Origin: Nitrospirales bacterium
GTDB taxonomy: Bacteria > Nitrospirota > Nitrospiria > Nitrospirales > UBA8639
NCBI GenBank assembly: GCA_965203295.1
Contig: CBDBCZ010000019.1
Span: 576,001-640,000, forward strand
Length of the DNA stretch: 64,000 nt
Direction: 5' to 3'
Position numbers and translations under genes: made by a program. The first letter of the stretch is position 1. Each line of letters starts with the position of its first letter. Under the pieces are notes generated by a model. That model ran no database searches. It saw only the letters and a list, made by a program, of their open reading frames with translations, and was not told where the DNA came from. Below are positions 19,822-29,639 of the stretch, one piece after another.

Positions 19822-20571
19822 TCAAGAAAAATGTTCGGTCATGAACCAACCGGCTATCGACAAACGTTTGTGGTCCTTGGCCAATGGGTCAACGCGGCAC
19901 ACTCGATGGAAGCGGGGTACGGTAAAAAACACGATAGAGCCTGGCTTCGGTTCTAAACAATAGGCCACTTCCAGGCGACGCTGTCCGTTCTTTGCGGTTC
20001 GAGTGTCATATACAATCAATTCCCCTCCCCAATCGTGTTCCCATGCATTGTGGAGATAGCAGACCATCGCAATACGGCGGAGAGCCGAAAATGGTTGACG
20101 ACTTCGCTCGCGACCTTCCTCATCCACCTGCGTGGACTCTTGGGTTCCTGTGTACTGCTCACCGGTGTCGTCGTGCGTAGACAGACAATCGCCCACTCCA
20201 TAGGAGTAATAGCTGAAACTCATGTGTCGCTGTTTGATATCAGGAAAGGATTCGATGAAGTCGTCGATGCAGGGAAGGGTCACACGATCGAGTAAAAATG
20301 ATGCTTCGGATTTGGCAATTTCAGCTTTGAGCCAATCTCCGCAACCTGGAAATGTTCCGCTCACCGCAGGAATCTCTGAACGTTTTTTCCATCCACACTG
20401 ATCCATCGCTCCTTGGAAGACATCTCTGTCTTTTTGAGACCAGAAGTCTTCAATGGCCAAGACTGGATCCTTGTGAAAGGAGAATTTATTTGGGTTAAAC
20501 TCTTGAAATCGTACTTTCATAAGACTACGAGGGTTCTCAAGAACCGTTGTTACATATTGATGATGGCCCAA
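19822..20571 (-). CDS. 2OG-Fe(II) oxygenase, prolyl-hydroxylase (OGFOD1/Tpa1-like) type
   Basis: GDCLSTHDD...RRIAMVCYL...WGGEL...FHRV...RLSIAGWF: HxD...H triad plus the 2OG-binding Arg. Confidence 0.85.
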   Translation of the reverse strand: MGHHQYVTTVLENPRSLMKVRFQEFNPNKFSFHKDPVLAIEDFWSQKDRDVFQGAMDQCGWKKRSEIPAVSGTFPGCGDWLKAEIAKSEASFLLDRVTLPCIDDFIESFPDIKQRHMSFSYYSYGVGDCLSTHDDTGEQYTGTQESTQVDEEGRERSRQPFSALRRIAMVCYLHNAWEHDWGGELIVYDTRTAKNGQRRLEVAYCLEPKPGSIVFFTVPRFHRVCRVDPLAKDHKRLSIAGWFMTEHFS

Positions 20572-20601
20572 CTACTGACAAGAAGTTAGCCATACAGGTT
20601 C

Positions 20602-22335
20602 TCATCCTGTCAATGGGGTCGATGACTCAATTGAAATCAGAAAAAAGTTACGCTGACGGGGTTGGGGATATTCTCGGAGAACCGTCATGGTCAAGTTCTC
20701 GTAATCCTTTATTTGGTTCAGATCGTTGTAGTCTGTCACCACAAAAATCTTCCCGAATTTTTGAGCCATCTGATGAACAGAAGCAGGGGAGTCAAGCCGT
20801 GGGAAAGGAGGCTGATAATTCAAATAGAATATTAAATCCTCTTGAGTTAACCCATACTGAAAACGCGGAATGTCAGCTTGACTTGTCATGTCTCGAATGT
20901 CTTTGTCGACCCGCTTAGGGGATGAGCCATGATCGATTGCAGGTACCAAGAGATAATTGACTCCGAACATGACCCCAACCGCCAAGACGCCAAATAACGA
21001 AAGGGACCACTTGATTTTGGCTTTCAACAGTCCCACGAAGATCACGAAGCAAAGGGTGAGGATGGTGATCACGTAGATCGGAGGAAACAACGTGAGTGGC
21101 ACATCCCATTTTTTATGGAGCAGAGTGGGGCCGAAAATAAAGGCTCCGATGAAGGCAATGCTCAGTAACCCAATGAAGATCTTGGTTACAGGAGTCGCCC
21201 ATTGTTTTTCCTCAGAGGAGGAAAACACTTTATCGTAATAGTAGCCGATCATGAGGCCGAGGCAAGGAACCAAAGGGAGGAGATAACGCTCTGCCTTGAG
21301 TTGGGCTAAACTAAAGAGAACGAGATATCCAAAAAACCATAAGAGGAGAAACAATTCAACGGGATGGCGACGATAAGGACGTTTGGAAAAGAGGATGACT
21401 AAACTTGATGGTAGTAAAGCGCTCCAGGGGAAGAAGCAGAACCATCCGAGATACAAATACCGGTGGATGTTTCTTGGTGGACTCGAGGCTGCTGCTCCTG
21501 ATTGGGCGAATGCGGTTGACAATAAACCTAGGATATGAAAGTGCCCTTGGAACTGCGGTTCTAAGTTTGAAGCGTACCCATAAACGAGTCCGCCGAAAGT
21601 CACAAGCCCTGCCCAAAATCCAAGATTGGTAAAAGCCCGGTAATCTCGTTGAATCAAAGAGTGAGTCACCATAAGAAAAAATGGAAGTCCAAAGGCATGG
21701 AAAGACTTAATCATCGTGCCAAAGGCCATCGCTGAGAAGGCAACCAAAAACCAGAGCGGAGAGCCGTCCTTAAAAAAGATTCGTGCCCAGGCATACACCG
21801 CCAAGGTCATGGAAAAGGTGAGGATCGAATCGAATTGAATATGGCGTCCATTCCAAAGGAACACATACGTGGTCGCGACGACCAATGCTGCCCAGAAAGC
21901 GGCGGTTTTGGATAAAAGCATTCGGCCGAGTGCATAGGTCACGCCCATGGTCCCTAGAGAAAATATTGCACCTGGCAATCGCAAGGCGATTTCATTCTCA
22001 CCCAGAATCTCTCTGAAACCAGCCAATATCCAGAAAAACAGTGGGGGTTTGTTAAGGTAGGTTTGCCCCAAAAAGGTTAGATGAGAGTATTGGTTGTTGG
22101 TCACCATTTCTCGAACAATCTGAGCGTAGAGTCCTTCACTCCCACCAAACAACGTGAACCCGATGTTGTTTGGATAGGCAAGAAACCCAATAAGACATAA
22201 GAGACCCCAGTGAACCCAATTGTTGTTTGAGAGCATGTCCCAAGGATGACAACTTGACAGTCTTTGAAAGTTTGCCGTCAGACTTGAGAGGAAAGATCTT
22301 GGGATCTGAGAGGTTCTGTCTTTCATCGGTGCCAC
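20602..22335 (-). CDS. ArnT/PMT-like (GT-C fold) membrane glycosyltransferase
   Basis: SEGLYAQIVREM, YLNKPPLFFW, ALRLP, KAERYLLP; many transmembrane helices. Confidence 0.88.
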   Translation of the reverse strand: MAPMKDRTSQIPRSFLSSLTANFQRLSSCHPWDMLSNNNWVHWGLLCLIGFLAYPNNIGFTLFGGSEGLYAQIVREMVTNNQYSHLTFLGQTYLNKPPLFFWILAGFREILGENEIALRLPGAIFSLGTMGVTYALGRMLLSKTAAFWAALVVATTYVFLWNGRHIQFDSILTFSMTLAVYAWARIFFKDGSPLWFLVAFSAMAFGTMIKSFHAFGLPFFLMVTHSLIQRDYRAFTNLGFWAGLVTFGGLVYGYASNLEPQFQGHFHILGLLSTAFAQSGAAASSPPRNIHRYLYLGWFCFFPWSALLPSSLVILFSKRPYRRHPVELFLLLWFFGYLVLFSLAQLKAERYLLPLVPCLGLMIGYYYDKVFSSSEEKQWATPVTKIFIGLLSIAFIGAFIFGPTLLHKKWDVPLTLFPPIYVITILTLCFVIFVGLLKAKIKWSLSLFGVLAVGVMFGVNYLLVPAIDHGSSPKRVDKDIRDMTSQADIPRFQYGLTQEDLIFYLNYQPPFPRLDSPASVHQMAQKFGKIFVVTDYNDLNQIKDYENLTMTVLREYPQPRQRNFFLISIESSTPLTG

Positions 22336-22390
22336 ATCAGAAATATAAAGATAGAGCTTGGTGAATGGGGTTCTTCACGATTTCATTATG

Positions 22391-22587
22391 TGTAAAAACT
22401 TGAGTTTCAGTTGACGAACGCGGTCAGATGCAGTTGGGAATTACTGCGATGCGCAGGGACTGTGTCTCGTCATGCCTGCAGTCGTCAGCAGGCATTCATG
22501 ATGATCATAAAAGATGGATCCCCGCTAAAAAATTGCGGGGATGACGACGTAAGGAGACACGAGCTGCACTCTTTACCAAGTTTTACA
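22391..22587. mobile_element. MITE-like repeat, copy 1
   Basis: Ends TGTAAAAACTTG...CAAGTTTTACA; internal palindromes; similar to 32016-32088 and 59255-59494. Confidence 0.75.
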
Positions 22588-22606
22588 CTTTAAACTCGAA
22601 ACCCAA

Positions 22607-23622
22607 TCACCCCCCGGTCGGCCTTTCGAAATGCCCACCGAATTCGAATCGCATCGCCGATAAAACCTTGTCTGCGAACTCGGCTTCTCCTCGTGAGCTA
22701 AAGCGCTGGTAGAGCGCGGCTGTGAGAACAGGGGCGGGTACTCCTTCATCTACGGCCGCTTCGATGGTCTAGCAGCCCTCACCCGAATCAGCCACGCTTC
22801 CCGAAAACTTGCCCAGATCCGGACTTTTCATAAGCGCAATCGCGGTCAGATCAAGCAGCCAGGAGCCGACAACGCTGCCGCGACGCCACAGTTCAGTGAT
22901 ATCTGCCAAATTGAGGTCGTACTGGTAGGCTTTGGGATCGCGTAATGGAGAAGTCTCAGCATCAGTCACATGCTCACGTTTCCCAATGTTGGCCTGTTGT
23001 AGAATATTCAGGCCTTCAGCATACGCTGCCATGAGCCCATATTCGATGCCATTGTGGACCATCTAAAGTGGCCAGCGCCGTGTTGTCCACAATGCAGATA
23101 GCCGTGTTCTGCCGTGCTCCGAACCTTTTCCCGTCCTGGTGTTCGAGATGCAGTCTCAATCGGAGGTGCCAGCGTGGAAAAAATGGGATCCAGATGCTTA
23201 ACAACCTCTTTCTCGCCACCGATCATCTGACAATATCCACGCTCTAGGCCCCAAACCCCGCCACTCGTTCCTACATCAACATAATGAAGGCCTTTCGGCT
23301 TCAATTCCTTGGACCGGCGAATGTCATCACGATAGTAGGAATTTCCTCCATCAATAAGAATGTCATCTTTTTCCAGTTTGGGCATCAGGTCCTTGATCAT
23401 GCCATCGACAAACGCGGCCGGGACCATCATCCACACCGCACGGGGTTTCGTCAATTTGGCGACAAAGTCATCGAGGGAAGATGCCCCTGTGGCTCCATCC
23501 TTGGTCAGTTCCTGAACGACTTTCGGGGAGACATCATACCCCACACATTCATGGCCCCCGTTCATGAGCCGGCGCACCATATTGGCACCCATTCGCCCAA
23601 GCCCAATCATCCCAAGTTGCAT
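22607..23622 (-). pseudogene. gnd: Decarboxylating 6-phosphogluconate dehydrogenase (short type)
   Basis: [30 protein letters not shown]; frameshift at GAGHF/VKM (~23064); TAG at 22769-22771 where SGEGRW is expected; homology continues to MRFEFGGH. Confidence 0.92.
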
Positions 23623-23925
23623 AGCCCTTTCTCCTTATTTAAACAGAATTTGCCTTACTCAATGTTCAAATGCATATTGCCACGAGTACTTCATAAAATT
23701 GATTCATCCCTCTGCTTAAGATTCCGCAGTTTGTTGAGCGTATGACAAAGGCAGGGACGATAATTCTATGGAAAATCATATACCAATGCAAAAATAAAGA
23801 TTGACGCGGATTCACTATAAAAATATTGTTATTGACTCTGACGGTTATTGTTGAGCAGGTAAAGCAAGCTGCAGAATGTCCGACCGTGGGTTTTTGGGGA
23901 GGGAGCTTTCTATGCGGTCGAAGAC

Positions 23926-24445
23926 AGAGCACCACGGGTTTACCCGTGGGTGAATGAGCCCGGCGGTGGTACGATGAGAGGAGGGAAGTTGTCAAGACGG
24001 CACACCGTGTCTCCTGGTTACAGTATCACGTGGTGTGGGTGTGCAAGGACCGCCGCCGGATCCTGAATCCTGGGGTCTGTAGCTCCCTCCGGAAGCTGTT
24101 CCCCAAGTTGCTGCGAAGTCTGCCCGGAGTAGCAATTGAGACGATTGGCTTTGCCCAGGATCAGATCCATATGGTGATGCTCATTCCTCCTAAGTCCAGT
24201 ATTGCGGAAGTGAGGGGCAAGCTGAAAAGCCAATCGGCTTCCCAGCTGCGTGACCAGTTTCCTTGGTTGGAGAAGGTATATTGGAAGGAAAACATTGTCT
24301 GGTCCCCGGGTTACTCCGTCAGCAGCGTGGGGGTGGATGAAGAAACTATCAAGACCGATGTCGAGCGTCAAGGGGTCCAGGATTCAGGTCAACTGCGCAT
24401 GCAGTTGTCACAGAAAGCACCCCGGCTTTAGCCGGGGGAATCTAT
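23926..24445 (+). mobile_element. IS200/IS605-family element (IS200 type, tnpA only)
   Basis: Subterminal hairpins AGCA-CCACGGG-TTTA-CCCGTGG (23932-23949) and AGCA-CCCCGGC-TTTA-GCCGGGG (24420-24437) flank a Y1 tnpA. Confidence 0.88.
23985..24431 (+). pseudogene. tnpA: Y1 HUH transposase, degenerate
   Basis: QYHVVWVCK, IPPKSSIAEV.GKLK, WSPGYSVSSVG; HUH reads DQIHM, the catalytic Tyr position reads KTDVERQ, and no in-frame start precedes EVVKTAH. Confidence 0.8.
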
Positions 24446-24559
24446 TGGATCAAGTCTATGCTGAGAAGGCCTAATGATCTGCCAATCCTTTGTTCCTCTT
24501 TCTAGCGACCAAGTGGTGATCATAGTTACGCTAAAAAACATTCAACGTTTATTTTCGTT

Positions 24560-24600
24560 AACTCTAAACCCGAAACTTTGAACTTCAAACTCTAAACTCT
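24560..24600. repeat. Degenerate heptamer tandem repeat (AAACTYN-like)
   Basis: aactcta aacccga aactttg aacttca aactcta; related tracts at ~25862-25890, 29467-29514, 29563-29610 and 33520-33547. Confidence 0.6.
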
Positions 24601-25839
24601 GTCATTACCTTTTAAACAACTTATTGTCTCCCGGGCAATCCAGCTTTCCTCATCAGCAGCCACTACGTAGACCGAAAGCGTGTTTTCTTCTTTACTAATG
24701 CGAGTAACATGTCCCGGTTGAAGACCGACTGCTGCTTTATTTCTTTCCTCGTACACCTCCAATCCACACCATTCCATTCCTTGGCAGATGCGGGCACGAA
24801 TATCTGGGGAAGCTTCGCCAATTCCTCCGCCAAACACGATCGCGTCGGCTCCTCCGAGAACCGCTAGGTAAGCCTCGATATATTTCCGTGCTCGGTAACA
24901 AAATACATCAATAGCCAGTTGTGCCTGTTCATCATGTTCCTGAGTGGCAGCTTGAAGTAATTCCCGCATGTCATTGGTTCTGCCTGATACACCCAGCAAT
25001 CCTGATTTTTCATTCAACCACAGTTCGACCTCTGAGGCTTTGACCTTTTCTTTCTCAGAAAGATAGCTAACTACCGAAGGGTCGACATCTCCGGATCGGG
25101 AACCCATAACTAATCCTTCCAGAGGGGTAAATCCCATCGATGTTTCAATGGATTTTCCGTCAGCAATGGCACTGACGGAGCATCCGTTGCCTAACTGCAA
25201 CGTAATGATCGTGGTTTGGAAAAGGGGTTTTCCTACGAAGGCCGCATAACCAGAGACAAGGGAAGCATGTGCGATGCCATGAAACCCGTATCGACGAATG
25301 CGATGTCGAGAAACCAAATCCTGTGGGAGCGCGTAGGTCTTTGCGACAACAGGCATAGTTTGGTGGAAGGCCGTATCGAATACCGCAACCATTGGAATCT
25401 TTGACTCTAGTACTTTTCTAGCCCCCCGAATTCCTTCCAAACACGCTGGATTGTGCAAAAGGGCCAATGCATTCAGCTCATCAATTTCCTTTTCAACCGC
25501 TTCATCGATTAGGGTAGGGACAGAGAACCGCTCCCCCCCATGGACAACCCGATGCCCCACAGCTTCAACCTGGGAAAGCGCTAAAGTCTTTCCTTTTTCT
25601 TCCAGGTCCTTTCCCAAAGCTTCAAACACCCATTGGAAAGCATGGGCATGGTCTGTGACAGGTTTCGTGGCTTTCAGCTCTGCTTCCCCTTCTGTGCTGA
25701 TTTCGAGGGTGGCAGTTCCTCCAATGCCTTTGATTGCACCATTAACCAGATTTCGGCCTGAGACCTTTTCTTTTTCTCCAATATCGAGGAGACGAAATTT
25801 AAGAGAAGAACTCCCACTATTCAGGACTAAAACACGCAT
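24592..25839 (-). CDS. ackA: Acetate kinase
   Basis: LNSGSSSLK, GHRVVHGG, VFDTAFHQT, RRYGFHG, TSMGFTPLEGL, GGIGE. Confidence 0.93.
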   Translation of the reverse strand: MRVLVLNSGSSSLKFRLLDIGEKEKVSGRNLVNGAIKGIGGTATLEISTEGEAELKATKPVTDHAHAFQWVFEALGKDLEEKGKTLALSQVEAVGHRVVHGGERFSVPTLIDEAVEKEIDELNALALLHNPACLEGIRGARKVLESKIPMVAVFDTAFHQTMPVVAKTYALPQDLVSRHRIRRYGFHGIAHASLVSGYAAFVGKPLFQTTIITLQLGNGCSVSAIADGKSIETSMGFTPLEGLVMGSRSGDVDPSVVSYLSEKEKVKASEVELWLNEKSGLLGVSGRTNDMRELLQAATQEHDEQAQLAIDVFCYRARKYIEAYLAVLGGADAIVFGGGIGEASPDIRARICQGMEWCGLEVYEERNKAAVGLQPGHVTRISKEENTLSVYVVAADEESWIARETISCLKGNDRV

Positions 25840-25996
25840 TTATAAAATTTTGAGAAAAACAGTTTTGAGTTTAAGGTTTCAAGTTTCGAGATAAGACTTT
25901 CGAGTTTGAGCTGGCATGACGATAAGGGAACAAAGCGCTCTTGTGACTAAAATCATTTTTCGTAAATTGGGTTGAATCGCGAAATCCAGAACGGAC

Positions 25997-28393
25997 TTAA
26001 GAAGGCTCTGGTTGAAAAATCGGACGTGTCGCTATGGGGTCGTCCTGCGTCAGGCTGATCTCTTCATCTTCATGACGGAATGTGATTGCATCGCCATCTC
26101 GTAACGTATACTTCACCATGCAGCCACCGCCATCGATTTCTACTTGAAGTCTCTGTCCCCGAACAGTTAAGGGAAGCCGCATTTTTCCCGCGGCATCTGG
26201 TGCCCTCCTCGGCCGGAATGTCAAGACACCATCATAATCCCGCATTCCCCCAAGGCCGTATGCCAAAGCCATCCAGGTGCCACCCATGGAAGCAATATGG
26301 CACCCGTCTTTCACGTTCCCTCCAACATCGGCGAGATCCATCAGCAGTGCCACGCGCGCATATTCTGTTGCCTTGTCGAACTCTCCAATTTCGGTGGCGA
26401 TAATGCTTTGGATACAGGAAGAAAGCGAAGAGTCTCCCGTGGTCAAGGGATCATAATATTCAAAATTTCGTTTCTTTTGTTCCAGTGTAAAGTTCTGTCC
26501 TAACAAAAACATGGCTAACACCACATCGGCTTGCTTGCTGACCTGGTGCCGGTAGATCGTCAGTGGATGGTAAAACAACAGTAACGGATACTTTTCGGCT
26601 GGAGTATTTTTAAAGTCCCACGGTTCTTTATCCAGGAAACTGGCGTCCTGCGTATGAATTCCTAAAGTTTCATCGAAGGGGATATACATATTCTCCGCCG
26701 CGGCCTTCCATTCTTCGACTTCGGCCACATCTAAATGGGTTTTGTTCGTCAATACGGTGAATGCCCCTGGATCCTTTTCCTTGAGCCACTCAATCGTTTC
26801 CGCGGCATACCGAAGATTTTCCTGCGCCATAAGATTCGTAAACAGATTATTATCCACAACAGTGTTATACTCATCCGGTCCTGTCACCCCGTTGATGCAA
26901 AACTTGCCCTGTTTTCTTTTCGAGAAAAAGCCGAGGTGAGCCCACAAGCGAGCAGTTTCAACGAGCATTTCCGATCCATAGTGTTTTAAAAACTCCTCAT
27001 CTCCTGTGGCGTTCACGTACTTTTTTAACGCGTATATGATATCCGCATTGATGTGGTACTGGGCTGTTCCTGCCGCATAGTATGCCGAGGCTTCCTCTCC
27101 ATTGATGGTCCTCCACGGATACATGGCTCCTTTTTTCCCCAACTCTCGTGCCCGCTCTCGCGCCTTGTCCAATAACCGATACCGAAAGGTCAGTAAGTTC
27201 TTGGCAATCCGCGGATTGGTATAAATCAAAAAGGGCATGACGTAGATCTCAGTATCCCAGAAGTATTGCCCTTCATAGGCCTGTCCGGTGAGCCCTTTGG
27301 CTGCAACCCCGGTGTTCTCAGCTCGGGCCGACGCCTGCAGAATATGAAACAGGTTAAAGCGAATAGCCTGCTGAATTTCAACATTTGAGCGTCTTGCTCT
27401 GGCTGGGTTGATATCATTCACTTGCACGTCACTTTTCCGCCAGAAGTCATCCATGTACTGTTGCTGGCCAGCCTGTAGGGAATAGAAACCATGAGTGGTC
27501 GCACGATTCAGAATTCGTCCAACTCGCTCACACATCTCATCAGGTGAGGCCGTTTGAGTCGTGTGATAGGCCATGAACTTTGTCAGGTGGATGGAGCATC
27601 CTGGCTGGGCATCTATGGTATAGACGACCTGACCAAAATCATCTGAGCTTTTACTTTTGTAGGAATGGGGACATTCCGTCTCAAGATCATGATCAATGCC
27701 ACAGGCTAGTGTCATTTTGCTATTCTTCGTGGTGTGGCACAGGATCACACGACGATCCTCAACAAAGTTCACGCGTGGTTGAAGGACTCTGCCCTGGAAT
27801 GCTTTCGCTTGCCGAGGATCACCATTGTCTTTGGAGATTGTTTTGTGAACGGCGGTTATCTCCGAGGAGATGACCAACGGAGCTTCTGCGTTTTGAACGG
27901 TCACTTTATAGGAAATAGCCGCCAGGTGTCGGTGTTGGAATGACACCAGCCTTCGCGATTTGATCAAAACCTGTTTTCCGGATGGTGTTTCCCAAAGGAT
28001 CTCCCGCTCAAGCATCCCCGCTTTCATGTTGAGCCGGCGATCGTAACTGAGCAGGTTGGCATTCGGAAGCCAAAAGGGTTCATCGTCCACGTATAGCTTA
28101 ATGATTTTTGTGTCGGTTGCGTTGACAATCGTCTGACCAGTCTTGGCGAACCCATAGGCCTCTTCCCCATACACAATAGGCCAGGATTCGTAAAAACCGT
28201 TGACGAACGTTCCTTCTTGACCAACCGGCCCTCCCTCTTCAGAACATCCTCTCATGCCGACGTATCCGTTTCCGACAGAAAGAACGGTTTCTGTTTGTGC
28301 CAAGAACTGGGGATTGAACTTTTTTTCAATCATGTTCCATTCATCCGGCGGGTAGATATGGTGATCAGGCTCTACGCGCTCACGGTGTATCAT
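25997..28393 (-). CDS. Glycoside hydrolase family 65 (alpha-glucoside phosphorylase: trehalose/maltose/kojibiose type)
   Basis: GNGYVGMRG, AKGLTG..YEG.YFWDTE, GPDEY, KQADV, DSSLS. Confidence 0.92.
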   Translation of the reverse strand: MIHRERVEPDHHIYPPDEWNMIEKKFNPQFLAQTETVLSVGNGYVGMRGCSEEGGPVGQEGTFVNGFYESWPIVYGEEAYGFAKTGQTIVNATDTKIIKLYVDDEPFWLPNANLLSYDRRLNMKAGMLEREILWETPSGKQVLIKSRRLVSFQHRHLAAISYKVTVQNAEAPLVISSEITAVHKTISKDNGDPRQAKAFQGRVLQPRVNFVEDRRVILCHTTKNSKMTLACGIDHDLETECPHSYKSKSSDDFGQVVYTIDAQPGCSIHLTKFMAYHTTQTASPDEMCERVGRILNRATTHGFYSLQAGQQQYMDDFWRKSDVQVNDINPARARRSNVEIQQAIRFNLFHILQASARAENTGVAAKGLTGQAYEGQYFWDTEIYVMPFLIYTNPRIAKNLLTFRYRLLDKARERARELGKKGAMYPWRTINGEEASAYYAAGTAQYHINADIIYALKKYVNATGDEEFLKHYGSEMLVETARLWAHLGFFSKRKQGKFCINGVTGPDEYNTVVDNNLFTNLMAQENLRYAAETIEWLKEKDPGAFTVLTNKTHLDVAEVEEWKAAAENMYIPFDETLGIHTQDASFLDKEPWDFKNTPAEKYPLLLFYHPLTIYRHQVSKQADVVLAMFLLGQNFTLEQKKRNFEYYDPLTTGDSSLSSCIQSIIATEIGEFDKATEYARVALLMDLADVGGNVKDGCHIASMGGTWMALAYGLGGMRDYDGVLTFRPRRAPDAAGKMRLPLTVRGQRLQVEIDGGGCMVKYTLRDGDAITFRHEDEEISLTQDDPIATRPIFQPEPS

Positions 28394-28428
28394 GTATCTC
28401 GACCTCTCGTTTAGAACTCAGGAAATAA

Positions 28429-29172
28429 TTACAGAAATTCTCCCAAATCTTTGACGACGACATCAGCGCCGTTTTGTCTAAGCTCATCACCGTTTCCTTT
28501 GCGATCGATGCCGATCACCAACCCGAACCCCCCATTGCGACCGGCTTGTACCCCGGAGATCGCATCCTCGACGACTACTGTTCTTTTGGGGTCGACTCCG
28601 AGTCGGTTAGCGCCCTCCAAATACGAATTAGGAGCGGGTTTTCCAGAAAAATTTTTCTCGTGAATGACGTTGCCATCAACTTTCACTTCAAAAAGATCCG
28701 CAATCTTTGCGGCTTGAAGAACGACATCACAATTCTGGCTTGACGTGACGACCGCGATTTTGATCCCCTCGTTGCGGAAATGACGTGCGAGGGCTATGGA
28801 CCCGTCATATGCCTCAACTCCCACCGATTCAATAACTTCGTTGATCAAATCGTTCTTTCGGTTTCCTAGTCCGCATACCGTTTCCGTCTGTGGATTGTCA
28901 TCCGGCGTGCCCTCCTGGAGCTTGATTCCACGTGACTGCAGAAAATCCCGCACGCCATCAAATCGCGGCTTCCCGTCCACATAAAGGCGATAGTCCGTGG
29001 CAATTTCAAAAGGTTGAAAGGTCTCACCCTTTTGTGATGCATGCTTCTGAAGGTACTCATCAAACATTTTTTTCCAGCACGCGGCATGCATTTTTGCCGT
29101 GTCTGTTAGCACACCGTCGAGGTCGAACAACACGGCATCAAATTTGTCACGAGTGATAAGATTTTTGCTCAC
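28429..29172 (-). CDS. Beta-phosphoglucomutase family HAD hydrolase
   Basis: FDLDGVLTDTA, VDGKPR.DGV, GKPAP, VEDAISGV; directly upstream of GH65. Confidence 0.9.
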   Translation of the reverse strand: MSKNLITRDKFDAVLFDLDGVLTDTAKMHAACWKKMFDEYLQKHASQKGETFQPFEIATDYRLYVDGKPRFDGVRDFLQSRGIKLQEGTPDDNPQTETVCGLGNRKNDLINEVIESVGVEAYDGSIALARHFRNEGIKIAVVTSSQNCDVVLQAAKIADLFEVKVDGNVIHEKNFSGKPAPNSYLEGANRLGVDPKRTVVVEDAISGVQAGRNGGFGLVIGIDRKGNGDELRQNGADVVVKDLGEFL

Positions 29173-29639
29173 GAAATCTTCTTCCTTTGAAAGAAAACTG
29201 CATGCGTTAGCGTTATCCTCCCTCAGTCATCGAGCCCATCGCTTGAAGCGGACGAGAGAAAATGTTGCATTGTAATGGATTCTATGGGTTTTTGCCTAGA
29301 GGTATCGTCCCAATTTACCCTTATAACCATCTTGTGATCCTCTCGACTTTCCAAGCAAGACCTAGCCTCTTTCTCTCAACATGAAGATCGTTCTTGTAGG
29401 ACTAATAGAAGAAGGAAAAGATTGACATCACCTAGTAGAGACAGGCTATGGTTTGTTTCGAATAAGAAGTTTCGAGTTTTCAACAAGAAGTCTAAAGTTT
29501 AAGGTTTAAAGTTTATAAGGTGGGGATTGCTCGAAACTCATTGCGAGCTTCATTCTCCCTCTTTAACTTTAAACTCGAAACTGTTTTTCCTTAAACTTTG
29601 AACTCAGAACCGTAATCACCTTTGATCATGGGAACCAAG

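Noticed and set aside
24431..24592. TnpB or omega-RNA system associated with the IS200 element
   Set aside because: The right-end hairpin overlaps the tnpA stop and there is no tnpB ORF.
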